The translations under genes and the position numbers were made by a program. This document shows positions 39,225 to 44,076 of a stretch of 44,076 nt of DNA, piece by piece. Numbering within the stretch: position 1 is the stretch's first letter; each line of letters begins with the position of its first letter. Below the pieces are notes generated by a model that made no database searches, was not told the DNA's origin, and was given only the letters and a program-made list of their open reading frames with translations. Origin of the DNA: an uncultured Saprospiraceae bacterium (GTDB lineage Bacteria; Bacteroidota; Bacteroidia; Chitinophagales; Saprospiraceae); contig CAZFBU010000012.1 in the NCBI GenBank assembly GCA_964517175.1, forward strand, positions 1 to 44,076. Direction: 5' to 3'.

Positions 39225-40496
39225 ATGAGCCAAAAGCACCATCAAATCGTTATCATCGGAGCAGGAACCGCCGGCATTACCGTGGCTGCTCAACTACTTC
39301 GCAAAGATAAAAAACTGGATATTGCCCTGATCGATCCGGCGGATAAACATTATTATCAGGCTGCCTGGACGCTGGTTGGCGCCGGTACGTACGATTATAA
39401 AGCAACGGAAAGAGACATGAAAAGTGTCATTCCAGGTGGTACGACGTGGATTAAAGATTTCGTGGAAACCATTGACCCTGAGAACAATAGCGTAATCACG
39501 CGCGATGGTACCAGGATTACTTACGACTACCTCGTTGCCGCTCCGGGTATCCAAATAGATATCGACGCGCTGCCTGGCTTGCGGGAAGCCCTGCAAACCG
39601 ATATCGTATGCAGCAACTATACCGATCCCGATCACACCTGGGAAGTGCTGAAAAACTTCAAGGGCGGCAATGCTATTTTTACGCAGCCGGCTACGCCGAT
39701 CAAATGTGGCGGTGCGCCGCAAAAGATTATGTACCTGGCGGATGATTATTTCCGCAAGAGCGGTGTTCGGGCAAAAGCAAAGGTCTCGTTTATTACCCCC
39801 GGTTCGGTGATCTTCGGTACAGAGCCTTTCAAGCAAACGCTGATGGAGGTGGTCAATCGCAAAAACATTGAACTTCGGTTTTTCCACAAGATTACAAAGA
39901 TTGATCCGAAGAACAAAAAGGTACATTTCGAGATCATGAACCATGCGGACGAGCCGGAAAAACTCTACCATCACAAAATGGAACTGGGTGAAGAGTTTCC
40001 GAGCAAAAACGAGGTGGTTATCCCTTACGACATGTTGCACCTGGCACCACCGCAATCTGCGCCGGATTTCATCAAGCAATCCAGGATTGCCCACCAGGAA
40101 GGTCCGAGCAAGGGTTGGATCAACGTGGATATCAATACCTTACAGCACAAGGTTTATCCGAATGTATTCGCACTCGGCGACGCAGCGGCGCTGCCAACGG
40201 CTAAGACCGGAGCGGCGGTGCGCAAGCAAGCCCCTGTTTTGGTAGAAAATCTCCTGCACGTAATGGGCAACGGAAACGAACTCGATCCGGGCTACCACGG
40301 CTACTCTTCCTGCCCGCTGGTGACCGGCTATGGCAAAATGGTTTTGGCAGAATTTGATTATTCCAACGAACGAGACAGCGATCCTGTTATTTCAAAATTC
40401 GTGGATACCTCGAAAGAGCAGTACAGCATGTGGCTGCTGAAAAAGTATGGCTTGCCGTTCATGTATTGGAATCTGATGCTAAAAGGCAGGGCATAA
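39225..40496 (+). CDS. sqr: Type II sulfide:quinone oxidoreductase-like FAD-dependent pyridine nucleotide-disulfide oxidoreductase.
   Basis: N-terminal FAD motif IVIIGAGTAGITVA. HYYQAAWTLVGAG. Conserved redox cysteines in IKCGGAPQK and YSSCPLVTGYG contexts. The length is about 420 aa. Confidence 0.72.
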   Translation: MSQKHHQIVIIGAGTAGITVAAQLLRKDKKLDIALIDPADKHYYQAAWTLVGAGTYDYKATERDMKSVIPGGTTWIKDFVETIDPENNSVITRDGTRITYDYLVAAPGIQIDIDALPGLREALQTDIVCSNYTDPDHTWEVLKNFKGGNAIFTQPATPIKCGGAPQKIMYLADDYFRKSGVRAKAKVSFITPGSVIFGTEPFKQTLMEVVNRKNIELRFFHKITKIDPKNKKVHFEIMNHADEPEKLYHHKMELGEEFPSKNEVVIPYDMLHLAPPQSAPDFIKQSRIAHQEGPSKGWINVDINTLQHKVYPNVFALGDAAALPTAKTGAAVRKQAPVLVENLLHVMGNGNELDPGYHGYSSCPLVTGYGKMVLAEFDYSNERDSDPVISKFVDTSKEQYSMWLLKKYGLPFMYWNLMLKGRA

Positions 40497-40615
40497 CCAA
40501 GTAACACCGGGTAATTGCTGAGTGCTGGCAAGCTATCCGCTATTACTCGATTGGTGTTTTTAATTGGTGAACAATTTAATGGGCGGAGTTATCCTCGTTG
40601 ATGATTCCGTTCTTT

Positions 40616-42145
40616 TTATTTTTCTGTTGAAATAATCTGGTATTTATCTTTCTGAGCGGTAAAACCGTGGGCAATGCTGAGCGGTCGGAGCTGCCCTTTT
40701 TTCTTGAACTGATGCTTCTCCATTCTACGGATGATGTCATCCAGCGTTTCTAAAGCGTTTACGATGTAAGGACCTTTGTTGAGCATGACGCATTCGGCGC
40801 GCGCCGCCATTGCAGCGTCGGTGATCTCCGCACGGGAAGCCGTGCCTTTTTTCGCCAGTTTTTCCAGCACCTGCGTTGCCCAGATGATGGGAATGTGCGC
40901 GGCTTCGCAAACCCAGAGGATTTCCTCCTGCACCTCGGCGATACGCTCAAATCCGATCTCCACCGCCAGGTCGCCCCGCGCGATCATCACACCGACCTTA
41001 GGGCTGCGCATAGCCGTAAGCAAGAGTTTCGGCAGGTTGTTGAAGGTCTCTTTGGTTTCGATTTTCAATACAATGCCAATATCCTCATGCCCCAGTTTTG
41101 CCAATGCTGCCTGCAATTCTTCCACGTCCTTCGGGCGACGCACAAAAGAGTAACCGACGATGTCGGCGTTTGCAGCGATGAAGGGTAGGTTCGCCAAATC
41201 GGCTTCGGTGAGCGGTGGTAGCAAAAGCTCGGTGTCTGGCAGGTTGATGCCTTTTTCCGGGCGCAGTTTACTACCATTGGCAGCCGCCTGCGTGATTTTC
41301 ACAGTGATGTGCTCCGGCTCAACTTCAGTGATGACGCCGCCGATTTTGCCATCATCAAAATAGACGCGCTCGCCGCGCCTGGCGTGCTCGAAAATTTCGT
41401 GTAGTTTGATTTCCAACTGCGGCAGGTCGTTCTCGGCGTACGCTTTTGGCGGATATTTCACCAGTTGGATAGGATCGTTTTTGCGAATGCGGACGAAGCC
41501 TTTCTTAGGTTTAATCGGAAAAATGGACTCAATGCGAAACTTCGGTCCGGAAAGGTCCATGTAAACCAGGCAGGTTTTGCCGGTTTCGATCTCGCCCCGC
41601 CGAATATTGCTGATCATTTTTTGCCATTGCAGCGGGCTGTCGTGGCTGGTGTTGATGCGGGCAATATCCATGCCGGCGCGCAACGAATCCCGGATCAAGC
41701 CATAATCTTCCGCTGCCTCTGAGGGCATCGTCACCATGATGCGGGCGCTCTCCCGCCCGTGCGGTCGCCCGAGCAGCGTGGTGGCATTTTGATTGAGCTG
41801 AGCCCGGCTTTTGTGATAATCGTACGGCGAATTGAAATTCGAGATTTCCTGCGTGGATTGCTCTCCGATGATGATGCGTAGCAGCCGAATGACGTTTTGC
41901 AGGTTCGTCAACGTATAACCCTCCGAATGCCCCAGCGAAGAAACGCTCAGCGAAGATAGTTGCTCCTGAATATCGCGCAAATCAAAAGTGCGCAATGCCA
42001 TGTAATGCAGGAGGTTGCGCGCGCTTTCCCGATAGCCGGGCTGCACGGTTTCCAGCACTTTAGCCTGCGCCTCTTCTTCCGCTTTGACGAATTCGAGGAT
42101 GCTGTTTAATCTGGCGATCAGTATTTTTACATCGGAGATGTCCAT
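40616..42145 (-). CDS. Pyruvate kinase family protein. It has a PK A-domain barrel and B-domain, a ~120-aa N-terminal helical extension, and no C-terminal allosteric domain.
   Basis: PK motifs: ARIMVTMPS (cf. TKIVCTIGP), NTSHDS, MDLSGPKFR, MIARGDLAVEIG, ECVMLNKGP. The protein ends about 30 aa after the barrel. Confidence 0.68.
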   Translation of the reverse strand: MDISDVKILIARLNSILEFVKAEEEAQAKVLETVQPGYRESARNLLHYMALRTFDLRDIQEQLSSLSVSSLGHSEGYTLTNLQNVIRLLRIIIGEQSTQEISNFNSPYDYHKSRAQLNQNATTLLGRPHGRESARIMVTMPSEAAEDYGLIRDSLRAGMDIARINTSHDSPLQWQKMISNIRRGEIETGKTCLVYMDLSGPKFRIESIFPIKPKKGFVRIRKNDPIQLVKYPPKAYAENDLPQLEIKLHEIFEHARRGERVYFDDGKIGGVITEVEPEHITVKITQAAANGSKLRPEKGINLPDTELLLPPLTEADLANLPFIAANADIVGYSFVRRPKDVEELQAALAKLGHEDIGIVLKIETKETFNNLPKLLLTAMRSPKVGVMIARGDLAVEIGFERIAEVQEEILWVCEAAHIPIIWATQVLEKLAKKGTASRAEITDAAMAARAECVMLNKGPYIVNALETLDDIIRRMEKHQFKKKGQLRPLSIAHGFTAQKDKYQIISTEK

Positions 42146-42284
42146 TGGTTACGACATTATGGCGCAATTTAAGACAATAGTCAGTGGCTTCAAATGATTT
42201 TCATCAGGTTATTTGTGATCCGTATCACCTATTTTCAGGCATGTTTTTACGAAATTTGTACGCATAGCAATAAAAATCTTCATT

Positions 42285-43922
42285 ATGAATGTATTGACCC
42301 AATCGGATACCCTTCCTGCTTCCTTGCAGCATATTGTAGAAAAACTGACCGGCGAGCGAAAGCTGACGCCTGCGTTCGTACGCAAAACGATTTTGGAGGC
42401 CAAAGTCGAACCCAAAGACCTCGAACCCTGGGCGGATTTCGACCATCCGGTAACCGATAGCTATGGTCGCAAATTGGTATATAAAGGCGATAATTTTGAG
42501 ATCATGGTAATGTCCTGGCGGCCGGGCGATTTTTCGACCATTCACGATCATGGCTACACCCAGTGGGGCGCGGTGCAGATTTTTGGCCCGGCGGAGCACG
42601 CCACTTTCCGGGTGCTGGAAGATCAGATTTCTACCCTGGTACGCTGGATCGTGAAGCCGGGCGATGTAGTTGGTGTCAGCCATTCGCTGGTGCATCAGAT
42701 GGGCAATCCGACTTCCGATACTTTTTTTCTGAGCATGCACGTCTATGGCGAGGCAGAGGATATCGATAATGTGACGGGCGATGCGCGGGTTTTTGATTTG
42801 GAAAATGAGACCATTCAACGCGTGGATGGGGGCGTATTTTTTGCGTTGCCGCCGGAAGATGTAAAACGCGTAGAACCTGGACCACGACCGGATTTTCCCA
42901 CTCGCCTGCGGCACATGGTCGAGTTGATCCGGCGCTTGCGCAAAATGGAAAATCGCGGTACGAACAAATCCGGCAAAGACTTGCAAGTCGTGATCGCGGA
43001 TGCATTTTCAGTGGAACAACTTCCTCGTTTGCTTACTTGCCTTAGAAATAATACCGACACCGATGGGCATGAGAATAATTCCATCTACTGGCGCGCGTTG
43101 AATCGCGAATTGCAGGAAACGGCGCAGTTGCAGAATGAACTGCTGCGCGAGCAACAAGCCAGGGACAGCTTTCACAAGTACGCCGAATTGTATGACGCGG
43201 TGATCGGGCAGCCTTGCCTGGACGGTTTTATGCGCAAATACCTGATGTTCTTTCAGGAAAAACACAAGCTCGATTTTGCCGATAAAAAAGTAATCTCGGT
43301 GGGTTGTGGCACCGGCCTGATGGAAGAATTCATGATCGACGAATTTGGCATCAGCTACGAAAATATGTACGGCATCGACATTAGTGAAGCGATGGTGACC
43401 GAAGCAAAGCGGCGCATCCAGGCAGATGTGGGCGATGTGCTGAAGCTCGATCCGAGCATTCGCATGTGGGATGTGGCATTCAGCGGCTTGAATGTGTATC
43501 AATATCTGCCGAACACGCGCCTGGAGGAAGCGATTCAGAAGACGGCGAATATCATCAAAACCGGCGGCTATTTCATTGGCGACTTCATTACGCCCGACCA
43601 CATCCGCTGGTATCCGAATGTACTGTACTCGGATGATAAAAAGGTGATTTCCCTGCGAACGCCGCGATTGGTCGAAGAGGAAGGCAGTATGTTCCAGGAG
43701 AGCGAAATCACGAATATCAGCTTCATGGATGAGCAGATGCGCGTGACCTACGCGGGCAAGCACAAGCGCTTCCTGCCGCCCATTCACCGGGTGCGGACGT
43801 ACTTCGAGCGCGCGTTCGGCGGGCAGGTAGAATTATACGATGCCGTGAGTCTGGAACGCATTCCGGAATCAGCAGATAGCTGTAAATCAACGAGATATAT
43901 CGTTATCGCTCAAAAAGCATAA
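42285..43922 (+). CDS. Fusion protein. The N-terminal half is a cysteine-dioxygenase-type (thiol dioxygenase) cupin. The C-terminal half is a class I SAM-dependent methyltransferase.
   Basis: Cupin Fe-ligand motif WRPGDFSTIHDHG...HSLVHQ. MT motifs I (ISVGCGTGL), post-I (GIDIS), II (DVAFSG) and III (KTGGYFIGDF). Confidence 0.65.
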   Translation: MNVLTQSDTLPASLQHIVEKLTGERKLTPAFVRKTILEAKVEPKDLEPWADFDHPVTDSYGRKLVYKGDNFEIMVMSWRPGDFSTIHDHGYTQWGAVQIFGPAEHATFRVLEDQISTLVRWIVKPGDVVGVSHSLVHQMGNPTSDTFFLSMHVYGEAEDIDNVTGDARVFDLENETIQRVDGGVFFALPPEDVKRVEPGPRPDFPTRLRHMVELIRRLRKMENRGTNKSGKDLQVVIADAFSVEQLPRLLTCLRNNTDTDGHENNSIYWRALNRELQETAQLQNELLREQQARDSFHKYAELYDAVIGQPCLDGFMRKYLMFFQEKHKLDFADKKVISVGCGTGLMEEFMIDEFGISYENMYGIDISEAMVTEAKRRIQADVGDVLKLDPSIRMWDVAFSGLNVYQYLPNTRLEEAIQKTANIIKTGGYFIGDFITPDHIRWYPNVLYSDDKKVISLRTPRLVEEEGSMFQESEITNISFMDEQMRVTYAGKHKRFLPPIHRVRTYFERAFGGQVELYDAVSLERIPESADSCKSTRYIVIAQKA

Positions 43923-44076
43923 CCAAACCGACACCAGATGTGGCACGCCTTTAAGGTTCGCTGTATCTGGGTTTTTCCATTATAAAAAAGAAGAAGCAGA
44001 AATTGCTTAGCGCGAATAGCCGAAAATTTCGCCGAAAAGGGTTCCTTTGATCGAATATTTTGCAACTTTAATAGAA

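Noticed and set aside
39294-40094. 266-aa minus-strand ORF.
   Set aside because: It is antisense within the SQR-like gene.
42225-43787. Minus-strand ORFs 42225-42986 (253 aa) and 43008-43787 (259 aa).
   Set aside because: They are antisense to the cupin-methyltransferase fusion, which carries recognisable catalytic motifs. The minus translations have none.

Overview
This 44 kb window reads as one contiguous chromosomal segment from a Bacteroidota genome of about 50% GC (class not determined). The phylum call rests on T9SS type-B (gliding-motility) C-terminal sorting domains, many lipoprotein signal peptides and TAnnTTTG-type -7 promoter boxes. I support about 37 protein-coding genes at roughly 88% coding density. 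I found no rRNA, tRNA, CRISPR array, transposase or integrase.

Housekeeping genes are gyrB, lysS, asd, tatC, ybaB and dgkA. Other loci:
- a scattered set of lipid and acyl-CoA genes (thiolase, crotonase, SDR, NAD-epimerase);
- an EPS/LPS initiation mini-operon (Gfo/Idh/MocA, lipoprotein, WcaJ-like sugar transferase);
- a classic NfeD-flotillin pair;
- two T9SS type-B cargo proteins, one with a LamG domain and one with a lamin-tail domain;
- a vanadium-haloperoxidase/PAP2-like lipoprotein;
- a four-gene locus at the right end combining a type II sulfide:quinone oxidoreductase, a cupin thiol-dioxygenase-like::SAM-methyltransferase fusion, a pyruvate kinase paralog lacking the regulatory C-domain, and an HpcH aldolase.

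The most unusual non-coding feature is a 0.78 kb gene-free stretch between two convergent genes (34.6-35.4 kb). It carries three copies of a conserved ~25-nt motif, each followed by a hairpin, and two of the hairpins co-vary in a way that keeps pairing. I read these as candidate small RNAs.

All product calls come from motif recognition by eye. No database search was run.
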